A stretch of DNA of 64,000 nt, taken from NCBI GenBank assembly GCA_964016885.1, contig OZ024742.1, positions 6,820,001 to 6,884,000 of the forward strand. The letters run 5' to 3'. A model generated the notes under the pieces. It did not search any database. It was not told where the DNA came from and saw only the letters and a list, made by a program, of their open reading frames with translations. A program made the position numbers and the translations under genes. This stretch comes from Eledone cirrhosa. Taxonomy: Eukaryota. This document shows, piece by piece, positions 1 to 15,000 of the stretch; position 1 is the stretch's first letter, and each line of letters opens with the position of its first letter.

Positions 1-3000
1 GTGAGTGTATCTGATAGCATGTGAGTGTGTGAGTGTATGTAATAGCGTGTGTTATCATGTCAGTGTGTGAGTGTATGTGATAGCATGTGAGTGTGTGAGT
101 GTATGTGATAGTATGTGAGTGTGTGAGTGTATGTGATAGCGTCTGAGTGTGTCAGTGTATGTGATAGCATGTGAGTGTGTGAGTGTATGTGATAGCTTGT
201 GAGTGTGTGAGTGTATGCGATAGCATGTGAGTGTGTGAGTGTACCTGATAGCCTGTGATTGTGTGAGTGTATGTGATAGCGTGTGTGTGGGTGTGAGTGT
301 ATGTGATAGCATGTGAGTGTGTGAGTGTATGTGATAGCGTGAGAGTGTGTGAATGTATGTGATAGCATCTGATAACATGTGAGTGTGTGAATGTATGTGA
401 TAGCATGTGAGTGTGTGAGTGTATGTGAAAGCGTATGAGTGTGAGTGTATGTGATGGCGTGTGAGAGTGTGAGTGTATGTGCTAGCGTGTGAGCGTGTGA
501 GTGTGTGAGTGTATGTGATAGCGTGTGAGTGTGTGAGTGTATGTGATAGCGTGTGAGTGTGAGAGTGTATGTGATAGGATGTGTGTCTGTGAGTGTATGT
601 GATAGCATGTGAGTGTGTGAGTGTATGTGATAGCGTCTGAGTGTGTGAGTGTATGTTATAGCGTGTGAGTGTGTGAGTGTATGTGATAGCGTGTGATAGC
701 ATGTGAGTGTGTTAGTGTATGTGATAGCATGTGAGTGTTTGAGTGTATGTGATAGCATGTGAGTGTGTGAGTGTATGTGATAGCGTGTGAGTGTGTGAAT
801 GTATGTGATAGCATCTGATAACATGTGAGTGTGTGAATGTACGTGATAGCATGTGAGTGTGTGAGTGTATGTGAAAGCGTGTGAGTGTGTAAATGTATGT
901 GATGGCGTGTGAGAGTGTGAGTGTATGTGCTAGCGTGTGAGCGTGTGAGTGTGTGAGTGTATGTGATAGCGTGTGAGTGTGTGAGTGTATGTGATAGCGT
1001 GTGAGTATGTGAGTGTATGTGATAGCGTGTGAGTGTCTGAGTGTATGTCATAGCGTGTGAGTGTGTGAGTGTATGTGATAGCGTGTGAGTGTGTGAGTGT
1101 ATGTGATAGCGTGTGAGTATGTGAGTGTATGTGATAGCGTGTGAGTGTGTGAGTGTATGTCATAGCGTGTGAGTGTGTGAGTGTATGTGATAGCGTGTGA
1201 GTGTGTGAGTGTATGTGATAGCGTGTGAGTATGTGAGTGTATGTGATAGCGTGTGAGTGTGTGAGTGTATGTCATAGCGTGTGAGTGTGTGAGTGTATGT
1301 GATAGCGTGTGAGTGTGTGAGTGTATGTGATAGCGTGTGATAGCCTGTGAGTGTGTGAGTGTATGTGATAGCATGTTAGTCTGTGAGTGTGTGTGATAGC
1401 GTGTGATAGCATATGAGTGTGTGAGTGTATGTGATAGCGTGTGAGTGTGTGAGTGTATGTGATAGCGTGTGATAGTGTGTGATAGCATGTGAGTGTGTGA
1501 GTGTATGTGATAGCGTGTGAGTGTGTGAGTGTATGTTATAGCGTGTGAGTTTGTGAGTGTATGTGATAGCGTGTGAGTGTGTGAGTGTATGTGATAGCGT
1601 GTGATAGCCTGTGAGTGTGTGAGTGTATGTGATAGCGTGTGCGTGTGTGAGTGTATGTGATAGCATGTGAGTGTGTGAGTGTATGTGATAGCGTGTGAGT
1701 GTGTGAGTGTATGTGATAGCGTGTTAGTGTGTGAGTGTATGTGATAGCGTGTGAGTGGGTGAGTGTATGTGATAGCGTGTGAGAGTGTGAGTGTATGTGA
1801 TAGCATGTGAGTGTGTGAGTGTATGTGATAGCGTGTGTGTGTGTGAGTGTATGTGATAGCGTGTGATAGCATGTGTGTGTGTGAGTGTATGTGATAGCAT
1901 CTGAGTGTGTGAGTGTATGTGATAGCATGTGTGTGTGTGAGTGTATGTGATAGCATGTGAGTGTGTGAGTATATGTGATAGCGTGTGATAGCATGTGAGT
2001 GTGTGAGTGTGTGATACCATGTGAGTGTGTGAGTGTATGTGATAGCGTGTGAGTGTGTGAGTGTATGTGATAGCATGGGAGTGTGTGAGTGTATGTGATA
2101 GCTTGTGAGTGTGTGAGTGTATGTGATAGCGTGTGAGTGTGTGAGTGTACGTGATAGTGTGTGAGTTTGTGAGTGTATGTGATAGCGCGTGTGTGTGTGT
2201 GAGTGTATGTGATAGCATGTGAGTGTGTGAGTGTATGTGATAGCGGGTGAGTGTGTGAATGTATTTGATAGCATGTGAGTGTGTGAGTGTATGTGATAGC
2301 ATGTGAGTGTGTGAGTGTATGTGAAAGCGTGTGAGTGTGTGAGTGTATGTGATAGCGTGTGATAGCATGTGATTGTGTGAGTGTATGTGATAGCATGTGA
2401 GTGAGTGAGTGTATGTGATAGCGTGTGAGTGTGTGAGTGTATGTGATAGCGTGTGAGTGTGTGAGTGTATGTGATAGCGTGTGAGTGTGTGAGTGTATGT
2501 GATAGCGTGTGATGGCATGTGAGTGTGTGAGTGTATGTGATAGCATGTGAGTGTGTGAGTGTATGTTATAGCGTGTGAGTGTGTGAGTGTATGTGATAGC
2601 GTGTGATAGCATGTGAGTGTGTGAGTGTATGTGATAGCATGTGAGTGTGTGAGTGTATGTGATAGCGTGTGTTAGCATGTCAGTGTGTGAGTGTATGTGA
2701 TAGCATGTGAGTGTGTGAGTGTATGTGATAGTATGTGAGTGTGTGAGTGTATGTGATAGCATGTGAGTGTGTGAGTGTACGTGATAGCCTGTGAGTGTGT
2801 GAGTGTATGTGATAGCGTGTGTGCGGGTGTGAGTGTATGTGATAGCATGTGAGTGTGTGAGTGTATGTGATAGCGTGTGAGTGTGTGAATGTATGTGATA
2901 GCATCTGATAACATGTGAGTGTGTTAATGTATGTGATAGCATGTGAGTGTGTGAGTGTATGTGAAAGCGTGTGAGTGTGTGAGTGTATGTGATGGCGTGT

Positions 3001-6000
3001 GAGAGTGTGAGTGTATGTGCTAGCGTGTGAGCGTGTGAGTGTGTGAGTGTATGTGATAGCGTGTGAGTGTGTGAGTGTATGTGATAGGATGTGTGTCTGT
3101 GAGTGTATGTGATAGCATGTGAGTGTGTGAGTGTATGTGATAGCATGTGAGTGTGTGAGTGTATGTGATAGCGTGTGAGTGTGTGAGTGTATGTTATAGC
3201 GTGTGAGTGGGTGAGTGTATATGATAGCGTGTGATAGCATGTGAGTGTGTTAGTGTATGTGATAGCATGTGAGTGTGTGAGTGTATGTGATAGCGTGTGT
3301 TAGCATGTCAGTGTGTGAGTGTATGTGATAGCATGTGAGTGTGTGAGTGTATGTGATAGTATGTGAGTGTGTGAGCGTATGTGATAGCGTCTGAGTGTGT
3401 GAGTGTATGTGATAGCATGTGAGTGTGTGAGTGTATGTGATAGCTTGTGAGTGTGTGAGTGTATGTGATAGCATGTGAGTGTGTGAGTGTACGTGATAGC
3501 CTGTGAGTGTGTGAGTGTATGTGATAGCGTGTGTGTGGGTGTGAGTGTATGTGATAGCATGTGAGTGTGTGAGTGTATGTGATAGCGTGTGAGTGTGTGA
3601 ATGTATGTGATAGCATCTGATAACATGTGAGTGTGTGAATGTATGTGATAGCATGTGAGTGTGTGAGTGTATGTGAAAGCGTATGAGTGTGAGTGTATGT
3701 GATGGCGTGTGAGAGTGTGAGTGTATGTGCTAGCGTGTGAGCGTGTGAGTGTGTGAGTGTATGTGATAGCGTGTGAGTGTGTGAGTGTATGTGATAGCGT
3801 GTGAGTGTGTGAGTGTATGTGATAGGATGTGTGTCTGTGAGTGTATGTGATAGCATGTGAGTGTGTGAGTGTATGTGATATCATGTGAGTGTGTGAGTGT
3901 ATGTGATAGCGTGTGAGTGTGTGAGTGTATGTTATAGCGTGTGAGTGTGTGAGTGTATGTGATAGCGTGTGATAGCATGTGAGTGTGTTAGTGTATGTGA
4001 TAGCATGTAAGTGTTTGAGTGTATGTGATAGCATGTGAGTGTGTGAGTGTATGTGATAGCGTGTGAGTGTGTGAATGTATGTGATAGCATCTGATAACAT
4101 GTGAGTGTGTGAATGTACGTGATAGCATGTGAGTGTGTGAGTGTATGTGAAAGCGTGTGAGTGTGTAAATGTATGTGATGGCGTGTGAGAGTGTGAGTGT
4201 ATGTGCTAGCGTGTGAGCGTGTGAGTGTGTGAGTGTATGTGATAGCGTGTGAGTGTGTGAGTGTATGTGATAGGATGTGTGTCTGTGAGTGTATGTGATA
4301 GCATGTGAGTGTGTGAGTGTATGTGATAGCGTGTGAGTATGTGAGTGTATGTGATAGCGTGTGAGTGTGTGAGTGTATGTCATAGCGTGTGAGTGTGTGA
4401 GTGTATGTGATAGCGTGTGAGTGTGTGAGTGTATGTGATAGCGTGTGATAGCCTGTGAGTGTGTGAGTGTATGTGATAGCATGTTAGTCTGTGAGTGTGT
4501 GTGATAGCGTGTGATAGCATATGAGTGTGTGAGTGTATGTGATAGCGTGTGAGTGTGTGAGTGTATGTGATAGCGTGTGATAGTGTGTGATAGCATGTGA
4601 GTGTGTGAGTGTATGTGATAGCGTGTGAGTGTGTGAGTGTATGTGATAGCGTGTGAGTGTGTGAGTGTATGTGATAGCGTGTGAGTGTGTGAGTGTATGT
4701 GATAGCGTGTGATAGCCTGTGAGTGTGTGAGTGTATGTGATAGCGTGTGCGTGTGTGAGTGTATGTGATAGCATGTGAGTGTTTGAGTGTATGTGATAGC
4801 GTGTGAGTGTGTGAGTGTATGTGATAGCGTGTTAGTGTGTGAGTGTATGTGATAGCGTGTGAGTGGGTGAGTGTATGTGATAGCGTGTGAGAGTGTGAGT
4901 GTATGTTATAGCATGTGAGTGTGTGAGTGTATGTGATAGCGTGTGTGTGTGTGAGGGTATGTGATAGCGTGTGATAGCATGTGTGTGTGTGAGTGTATGT
5001 GATAGCATCTGAGTGTGTGAGTGTATGTGATAGCATGTGTGTGTGTGAGTGTATGTGATAGCATGTGAGTGTGTGAGTATATGTGATAGCGTGTGATAGC
5101 ATGTGAGTGTGTGAGTGTGTGATACCATGTGAGTGTGTGAGTGTATGTGATAGCGTGTGAGTGTGTGAGTGTATGTGATAGCATGGGAGTGTGTGAGTGT
5201 ATGTGATAGCTTGTGAGTGTGTGAGTGTATGTGATAGCGTGTGAGTGTGTGAGTGTACGTGATAGTGTGTGAGTTTGTGAGTGTATGTGATAGCGTGTGT
5301 GTGTGTGTGAGTGTATGTGATAGCATGTGAGTGTGTGAGTGTATGTGATAGCGGGTGAGTGTGTGAATGTATTTGATAGCATGTGAGTGTGTGAGTGTAT
5401 GTGATAGCATGTGAGTGTGTGAGTGTATGTGAAAGCGTGTGAGTGTGTGAGTGTATGTGATAGCGTGTGATAGCATGTGATTGTGTGAGTGTATGTGATA
5501 GCATGTGAGTGAGTGAGTGTATGTGATAGCGTGTGAGTGTGTGAGTGTATGTGATAGCGTGTGAGTGTGTGAGTGTATGTGATAGCGTGTGAGTGTGTGA
5601 GTGTATGTGATAGCGTGTGATGGCATGTGAGTGTGTGAGTGTATGTGATAGCATGTGAGTGTGTGAGTGTATGTGATAGCGTGTGAGTGTGTGAGTGTAT
5701 GTTATAGCGTGTGAGTGTGTGAGTGTATGTGATAGCGTGTGATAGCATGTGAGTGTGTGAGTGTATGTGATAGCATGTGAGTGTGTGAGTGTATGTGATA
5801 GCGTGTGTTAGCATGTCAGTGTGTGAGTGTATGTGATAGCATGTGAGTGTGTGAGTGTATGTGATAGTATGTGAGTGTGTGAGTGTATGTGATAGTGTCT
5901 GAGTGTGTGAGTGTATGTAATAGCATGTGAGAGTGTGAGTGTATGTGATAGCTTGTGAGTGTGTGAGTGTATGTGATAGCATGTGAGTGTGTGAGTGTAC

Positions 6001-9000
6001 GTGATAGCCTGTGAGTGTGTGAGTGTATGTGATAGCGTGTGTGCGGGTGTGAGTGTATGTGATAGCATGTGAGTGTGTGAGTGTATGTGATAGCGTGTGA
6101 GTGTGTGAATGTATGTGATAGCATCTGATAACATGTGAGTGTGTTAATGTATGTGATAGCATGTGAGTGTGTGAGTGTATGTGAAAGCGTGTGAGTGTGT
6201 GAGTGTATGTGATGGCGTGTGAGAGTGTGAGTGTATGTGCTAGCGTGTGAGCGTGTGAGTGTGTGAGTGTATGTGATAGCGTGTGAGTGTGTGAGTGTAT
6301 GTGATAGCGTGTGAGTGTGTGAGTGTATGTGATAGGATGTGTGTCTGTGAGTGTATGTGATAGCATGTGAGTGTGTGAGTGTATGTGATAGTATGTGAGT
6401 ATGTGAGTGTATGTGATAGCGTGTGAGTGTGTGAGTGTATGTTATATCGTGTGAGTGTGTGAGTGTATATGATAGCGTGTGATAGCATGTGAGTGTGTTA
6501 GTGTATGTGATAGCATGTGAGTGTGTGAGTGTATGTGATAGCGTGTGTTAGCATGTCAGTGTGTGAGTGTATGTGATAGCATGTGAGTGTGTGAGTGTAT
6601 GTGATAGTATCTGAGTGTGTGAGCGTATGTGATAGCGTCTGAGTGTGTGAGTGTATGTGATAGCATGTGAGTGTGTGAGTGTATGTGATAGCTTGTGAGT
6701 GTGTGAGTGTACGTGATAGCCTGTGAGTGTGTGAGTGTATGTGATAGCGTGTGTGTGGGTGTGAGTGTATGTGATAGCATGTGAGTGTGTGAGTATATGT
6801 GATAGCGTGTGAGTGTGTGAATGTATGTGATAGCATCTGATAACATGTGAGTGTGTGAATGTATGTGATAGCATGTGAGTGTGTGAGTGTATGTGAAAGC
6901 GTGTGAGTGTGTGAGTGTATGTGATGGCGTGTGAGAGTGTGAGTGTATGTGCTAGCGTGTGAGCGTGTGAGTGAGTGAGTGTATGTGATAGCGTGTGAGT
7001 GTGTGAGTGTATGTGATAGCGTGTGAGTGTGTGAGTGTATGTGATAGGATGTGTGTCTGTGAGTGTATGTGAAAGCATGTGAGTGTGTGAGTGTGTGAGT
7101 GTACGTGATAGCGTGTGAGTGTGTGAGTGTATGTCATAGCTTGTGAGTGTGTGAGTGTATGTGATAGCGTGTGAGTGTGCGAGTGTATGTGATAGCGTGT
7201 GATAGCGTGTGATAGCCTGTGAGTGTGTGAGTGTATGTGATAGCGTGTGATAGCATGTGAGTGTGCGAGTGTATGTGATAGCGTGTAAGTGTGTGAGTGT
7301 ATGTGATAGCGTGTTATAGCCTGTGAGTGTGTGAGTGTATGTGATAGCGTTGGAGTGTGTGAGTGTATGTGATAGCTTGTGAGTGTGTGTGTGTATGTGA
7401 TAGCATGTTAGTGTGAGTGTATGTGATAGCATGTTGGTGTGTGAGTGTGTGTGATAGCGTGTGATAGCATATGAGTGTGTGAGTGTATGTGATAGCGTGT
7501 GAGTGTGTGAGTGTATGTGATAGCATGTGAGTGTGTGAGTGTATGTGAAAGAGTGTGAGTGTGCTAGTGTATGTGATAGCGTGTGAGTGTGTGAGTCTAT
7601 GTGATAGCGTGTGATAACCTGTGAGTGTGTGACTGTATGTGATATTGTGTGAGTGTGTGAGTGTATGTGATAGCGTGTTAGTGTGTGAGTGTATGTGATA
7701 GCGTGTGAGTGTGTGAGTGTATGTGATAGCATGTGAGTGTGTGAGTGTATGTGATAGCGTGTGAGTGTGTGAGTGTATGTGATAGCATGTGACTGTTTGT
7801 GAGTGTATGTGATAGCATTTCAGTGTGTGAGTGTATGTGATAGCATGTGAGAGTGTGAGTGTATGTGATAGCATGTGAGTGTGTGAGTGTATGTGATAGC
7901 AGGTGAGTGTGTGAGTGTATGTGATAGCATGTGAGAGTGTGAGTGTATGTGATAGCATGTGAGTGTGTGAGTGTATGTGATAGCGTGTGAGTGTGTGAGT
8001 GTATGTGATAGCGTGTGAGTGTGTGAGTGTATGTGATAGAGTGTGATTGTGTGAGTGTATGTGATAGCGTATGTGTGTGTGTGAGTGTATGTGATAGCAT
8101 GTGAGTGTGTGAGTGTATGTGATAGCGTGTTTTTGTGTGAGTGTATGTGATAGCGTATGTGTGTGTGTGAGTGTATGTGATAGCATGTGAGTGTGTGAGT
8201 GTATGTGATAGCGTGTGAGTGTGTGAGTGTATGTGATAGCGTATGTGTGTGTGTGAGTTTATGTGATAGCATGTGAGTGTGTGAGTGTATGTGATAGCAT
8301 GTGAGTGTGTGAGTGTATGTGTGTATGTGATAGCATGTGAGTGAGGTGAGTGTATGTGATAGCGTGTGAGTGTGTGAGTGTATGTGATAGCGCGTGAGTG
8401 TGTGATTGTATGTGATAGGATGTGAGTGTGTGAGTGTATGTGATAGCCTGTGAGTGTGTGAGTGTATGTGATAGCGTGTGATAGCATGTGAGTGTATGTG
8501 ATAGCGTGTGAGTGTGTGAGTGTATGTGATAGCGTGTGAGTGTGTGAGTGTATGTGATAGCGTGTGATAGAATGTGAGTGTGTGAGGGTACGTGATAGCG
8601 TGTTATAGCATGCGAGTGTGTAAGTGTATGTGATAGCATGTGAGTGTGTGAGTGTATGCGATAGCATGTAAGTGTGTGAGTGTATGGGATAGCGTGTGAT
8701 AGCATGTGAGTGTGTGAGTGTATGTGATAGCGTGTGATAGAATGTGAGTGTCTGAGGGTATGTGATAGCGTGTTATAGCATGCGAGTGTGTAAGTATATG
8801 TGATAGCGTGTGAGTGTGTGAGTGTATGTGATAGCGTGTGAGTGTGTGAGTGTATGTGATAGCATGTGAGTGTGTGAGTGTATGTGATAGCGTGTGAGTG
8901 TGTAAGTGTGTGAGTGTATGTGATAGCAGGTGAGTGTGTGAGTGTATGTGATAGCATGTGAGTGTGTGAGTGTATGTGATAGTGTGTGAGTGCATGTGAT

Positions 9001-12000
9001 AGCATCTGAGTGTGTGAGTGTATGTGATAGGATGTGTGTGTGTGAGTGTGTGTGATAGCGTGTGAGTATATGTGATAGCGTGTGAGTGTGTGAGTGTATG
9101 TGATAGCATGTGAGTGTGTGAGTGTATGTGATAGCGTGTGAGTGTGTAAGTGTGTGAGTGTATGTGATAGCATGCGAGTGTGTGAGTGTATGTGATACCG
9201 TGTGAGTGTGTGAGTGTATGTGATAGCGCGTGAGTGTGTGAGTGTATGTGATAGCATGTTAGTGTGTGTGTGTATGTGACAGCATGTGAGTGTGTGAGTG
9301 TATGTGATAGCGTGTGGTAGTGTGTGATAGCATGTGAGTGTGTGAGTGTATGTGATAGCGTGTGAGTGTGTGAGTGTATGTGATAGCATGTGAGTGTGTG
9401 AGTGTATGTGATAGCGTGTGAGTGTGTGAGTGTATGTGATAGTATCTGATTGTGTGAGTGTATGTGATAGCATGTGAGTGTGTGAGTGTATGTGATAGCG
9501 TGTGAGTGTGTGAGTGTATGTTATAGCGTGTGAGTGTGTGAGTGTATGTGATAGCGTGTGATAGCATGTGAGTGTGTGAGTGTTTGTGATAGCATGTGAG
9601 TGTGTAAGTGTATGTGATAGCATGTGAGTGTGTGAGTGTATGTGATAGCGTGTGAGTGTGTGAGTGTGTGAGTGTATGTGATCGCATGTGAGTGTGTGAG
9701 TGTATGTGATAGCACGTGAGTGTGTGAGTGTATGTGATAGGATGTATGTGTGTGAGTGTATGTGATAGCATGTGAGTGTGTGAGTGTATTTGATAGCGTG
9801 TGAGTGTGTGAGTGTATGTGATAGCGTGTGAGTGTGCGAGTGTATTTGATAGCGTGTGAGTGTGTGAGTGTATGTGATAGCGTGTGAGTGTCTTAGTGTA
9901 TGTTATAGCGTGTGAGTGTGTGAGTGTATGTGATAGCGTGTGATAGCATGTGAGTGTGTGAGTGTATGTGATAGCGTGTGAGTATGTGAGTGTATGTGAT
10001 AGCATGTGATAGCCTGTGAGTGTGTGAGTGTATGTGATAGCGTGTGAGTGTGTGAGTGTGTGAGTGTAAGCGATAGCATGTGAGTGTGTGAGTGTATGTG
10101 ATAGCGTGTGAGTGTGTGAGTGTATGAGATAGCGTGTTAGTGTGTGAGTGTATGTGACAGCGTGTGAGTGTGTGAGTGTATGTGATAGCATGTGAGTGTG
10201 TGAGTGTATGTGACAGCGTGTGAGTGTGTGAGTGTTTGTGATAGCATGTGAGTGTGTGAGTGTATGTGATAGCGTCTGAGTGTGTGAGTGTATGTGATAG
10301 CATGTGAGTAAGTGAGTGTATGTGATAGCATGTGAGTGTGTGAGTGTATGTGATAGCGTGTGAGTGTTTGAGTGTATGTGATAACATGTGAGTGTGTGAG
10401 TGTATGTGATAGCGGGTGAGTGTGTGAGTGTATGTGATAGCATGTGAGAGTGTGAGTGTATGTGATAGCGTGTGAGTGTGTGAGTGTATGTGATAGCGTG
10501 TGATAGCCTGTGAGTGTGTGAGTGTATGTGATAGCATGTGAGTGTGTGAGTGTATGTGATAGCGTGTGTTAGCATGTCAGTGTGTGAGTGTATGTGATAG
10601 CATGTGAGTGTGTGAGTGTATGTGATAGTATGTGAGTGTGTGAGTGTATGTGATAGTGTCTGAGTGTGTGAGTGTATGTGATAGCATGTGAGTGTGTGAG
10701 TGTATGTGATAGCTTGTGAGTGTGTGAGTGTATGTGATAGCATGTGAGTGTGTGAGGGTACGTGATAGCCTGTGAGTGTGTGAGTGTATGTGATAGCGTG
10801 TGTGCGGGTGTGAGTGTATGTGCTAGCATGTGAGTGTGTGAGTGTATGTGATAGCGTGTGAGTGTGTGAATGTATGTGATAGCATCTGATAACATGTGAG
10901 TGTGTGAATGTATGTGATAGCATGTGAGTGTGTGAGTGTATGTGAAAGCGTGTGAGTGTGTGAGTGTATGTGATGGCGTGTGAGAGTGTGAGTGTATGTG
11001 CTAGCGTGTGAGCGTGTGAGTGTGTGAGTGTATGTGATAGCATGTGAGTGTGTGAGTGTATGTGATAGCATGTGAGTGTGTGAGTGTATGTGATAGCGTG
11101 TGAGTGTGTGAGTGTATGTTATAGCGTGTGAGTGTGTGAGTGTATATGATAGCGTGTGATAGCATGTGAGTGTGTTAGTGTATGTGATAGCATGTGAGTG
11201 TGTGAGTGTATGTGATAGCGTGTGTTAGCATGTCAGTGTGTGAGTGTATGTGATAGCATGTGAGTGTGTGAGTGTATGTGATAGTATGTGAGTGTGTGAG
11301 CGTATGTGATAGCGTCTGAGTGTGTGAGTGTATGTGATAGCATGTGAGTGTGTGAGTGTATGTGATAGCTTGTGAGTGTGTGAGTGTATGTGATAGCATG
11401 TGAGTGTGTGAGTGTACGTGATAGCCTGTGAGTGTGTGAGTGTATGTGATAGCGTGTGTGTGGGTGTGAGTGTATGTGATAGCATGTGAGTGTGTGAGTA
11501 TATGTGATAGCGTGTGAGTGTGTGAATGTATGTGATAGCATCTGATAACATGTGAGTGTGTGAATGTATGTGATAGCATGTGAGTGTGTGAGTGTATGTG
11601 AAAGCGTGTGAGTGTGTGAGTGTATGTGATGGCGTGTGAGAGTGTGAGTGTATGTGCTAGCGTGTGAGCGTGTGAGTGAGTGAGTGTATGTGATAGCGTG
11701 TGAGTGTGTGAGTGTATGTGATAGCGTGTGAGTGTGTGAGTGTATGTTATAGGATGTGTGTCTGTGAGTGTATGTGAAAGCATGTGAGTGTGTGGGTGTG
11801 TGAGTGTACGTGATAGCGTGTGAGTGTGTGAGTGTATGTGATAGCTTGTGAGTGTGTGAGTGTATGTGATAGCGTGTGAGTGTGCGAGTGTATGTGATAG
11901 CGTGTGATAGCGTGTGATAGCCTGTGAGTGTGTGAGTGTATGTGATAGCGTGTGATAGCATGTGAGTGTGCGAGTGTATGTGATAGCGTGTAAGTGTGTG

Positions 12001-15000
12001 AGTGTATGTGATAGCGTGTTATAGCCTGTGAGTGTGTGAGTGTATGTGATAGCGTTGGAGTGTGTGAGTGTATGTGATAGCTTGTGAGTGTGTGTGTGTA
12101 TGTGATAGCATGTTAGTGTGAGTGTATGTGATAGCATGTTGGTGTGTGAGTGTGTGGGATAGCGTGTGATAGCAGATGAGTGTGTGAGTGTATGTGATAG
12201 CGTGTGAGTGTGTGAGTGTATGTGATAGCATGTGAGTGTGTGAGTGTATGTGAAGGAGTGTGAGTGTGCTAGTGTATGTGATAGCGTGTGAGTGTGTGAG
12301 TATATTTGATAGCGTGTGATAACCTGTGAGTGTGTGACTGTATGTGATATTGTGTGAGTGTGTGAGTGTATGTGATAGCCTGTTAGTGTGTGAGTGTATG
12401 TGATAGCGTGTGAGTGTGTGAGTGTATGTGATAGCATGTGAGTGTGTGAGTGAATGTGATAGCGTGTGAGTGTGTGAGTGTATGTGATAGCATGTGACTG
12501 TTTGTGAGTGTATGTGATAGCATTTGAGTGTGTGAGTGTATGTGATAGCATGTGAGAGTGTGAGTGTATGTGATAGCATGTGAGTGTGTGAGTGTATGTG
12601 ATAGCAGGTGAGTGTGTGAGTGTATGTGATAGCATGTGAGAGTGTGAGTGTATGTGATAGCATGTGAGTGTGTGAGTGTATGTGATAGCGTGTGAGTGTG
12701 TGAGTGTATGTGATAGCGTGTGAGTGTGTGAGTGTATGTGATAGAGTGTGATTGTGTGAGTGTATGTGACAGCGTGTGAGTGTGTGAGTGTATGTGATAG
12801 CATGTGAGTGTGTGAGTGTATGTGACAGCGTGTGAGTGTGTGAGTGTTTGTGATAGCATGTGAGTGTGTGAGTGTATGTGATAGCGTCTGAGTGTGTGAG
12901 TGTATGTGATAGCATGTGAGTAAGTGAGTGTATGTGATAGCATGTGAGTGTGTGAGTGTATGTGATAGCGTGTGAGTGTTTGAGTGTATGTGATAACATG
13001 TGAGTGTGTGAGTGTATGTGATAGCGGGTGAGTGTGTGAGTGTATGTGATAGCATGTGAGAGTGTGAGTGTATGTGATAGCGTGTGAGTGTGTGAGTGTA
13101 TGTGATAGCGTGTGATAGCCTGTGAGTGTGTGAGTGTATGTGATAGCATGTGAGTGTGTGAGTGTATGTGATAGCGTGTGTTAGCATGTCAGTGTGTGAG
13201 TGTATGTGATAGCATGTGAGTGTGTGAGTGTATGTGATAGTATGTGAGTGTGTGAGTGTATGTGACAGTGTCTGAGTGTGTGAGTGTATGTGATAGCATG
13301 TGAGTGTGTGAGTGTATGTGATAGCTTGTGAGTGTGTGAGTGTATGTGATAGCATGTGAGTGTGTGAGGGTACGTGATAGCCTGTGAGTGTGTGAGTGTA
13401 TGTGATAGCGTGTGTGCGGGTGTGAGTGTATGTGCTAGCATGTGAGTGTGTGAGTGTATGTGATAGCGTGTGAGTGTGTGAATGTATGTGATAGCATCTG
13501 ATAACATGTGAGTGTGTGAATGTATGTGATAGCATGTGAGTGTGTGAGTGTATGTGAAAGCGTGTGAGTGTGTGAGTGTATGTGATGGCGTGTGAGAGTG
13601 TGAGTGTATGTGCTAGCGTGTGAGCGTGTGAGTGTGTGAGTGTATGTGATAGCGTGTGAGTGTGTGAGTGTATGTGATAGCGTGTGAGTGTGTGAGTGTA
13701 TGTGATAGGATGTGTGTCTGTGAGTGTATGTGATAGCATGTGAGTGTGTGAGTGTATGTGATAGCATGTGAGTGTGTGAGTGTATGTGATAGCGTGTGAG
13801 TGTGTGAGTGTATGTTATAGCGTGTGAGTGTGTGAGTGTATATGATAGCGTGTGATAGCATGTGAGTGTGTTAGTGTATGTGATAGCATGTGAGTGTGTG
13901 AGTGTATGTGATAGCGTGTGTTAGCATGTCAGTGTGTGAGTGTATGTGATAGCATGTGAGTGTGTGAGTGTATGTGATAGTATGTGAGTGTGTGAGCGTA
14001 TGTGATAGCGTCTGAGTGTGTGAGTGTATGTGATAGCATGTGAGTGTGTGAGTGTATGTGATAGCTTGTGAGTGTGTGAGTGTATGTGATAGCATGTGAG
14101 TGTGTGAGTGTACGTGATAGCCTGTGAGTGTGTGAGTGTATGTGATAGCGTGTGTGTGGGTGTGAGTGTATGTGATAGCATGTGAGTGTGTGAGTATATG
14201 TGATAGCGTGTGAGTGTGTGAATGTATGTGATAGCATCTGATAACATGTGAGTGTGTGAATGTATGTGATAGCATGTGAGTGTGTGAGTGTATGTGAAAG
14301 CGTGTGAGTGTGTGAGTGTATGTGATGGCGTGTGAGAGTGTGAGTGTATGTGCTAGCGTGTGAGCGTGTGAGTGAGTGAGTGTATGTGATAGCGTGTGAG
14401 TGTGTGAGTGTATGTGATAGCGTGTGAGTGTGTGAGTGTATGTTATAGGATGTGTGTCTGTGAGTGTATGTGAAAGCATGTGAGTGTGTGGGTGTGTGAG
14501 TGTACGTGATAGCGTGTGAGTGTGTGAGTGTATGTGATAGCTTGTGAGTGTGTGAGTGTATGTGATAGCGTGTGAGTGTGCGAGTGTATGTGATAGCGTG
14601 TGATAGCGTGTGATAGCCTGTGAGTGTGTGAGTGTATGTGATAGCGTGTGATAGCATGTGAGTGTGCGAGTGTATGTGATAGCGTGTAAGTGTGTGAGTG
14701 TATGTGATAGCGTGTTATAGCCTGTGAGTGTGTGAGTGTATGTGATAGCGTTGGAGTGTGTGAGTGTATGTGATAGCTTGTGAGTGTGTGTGTGTATGTG
14801 ATAGCATGTTAGTGTGAGTGTATGTGATAGCATGTTGGTGTGTGAGTGTGTGGGATAGCGTGTGATAGCAGATGAGTGTGTGAGTGTATGTGATAGCGTG
14901 TGAGTGTGTGAGTGTATGTGATAGCATGTGAGTGTGTGAGTGTATGTGAAGGAGTGTGAGTGTGCTAGTGTATGTGATAGCGTGTGAGTGTGTGAGTATA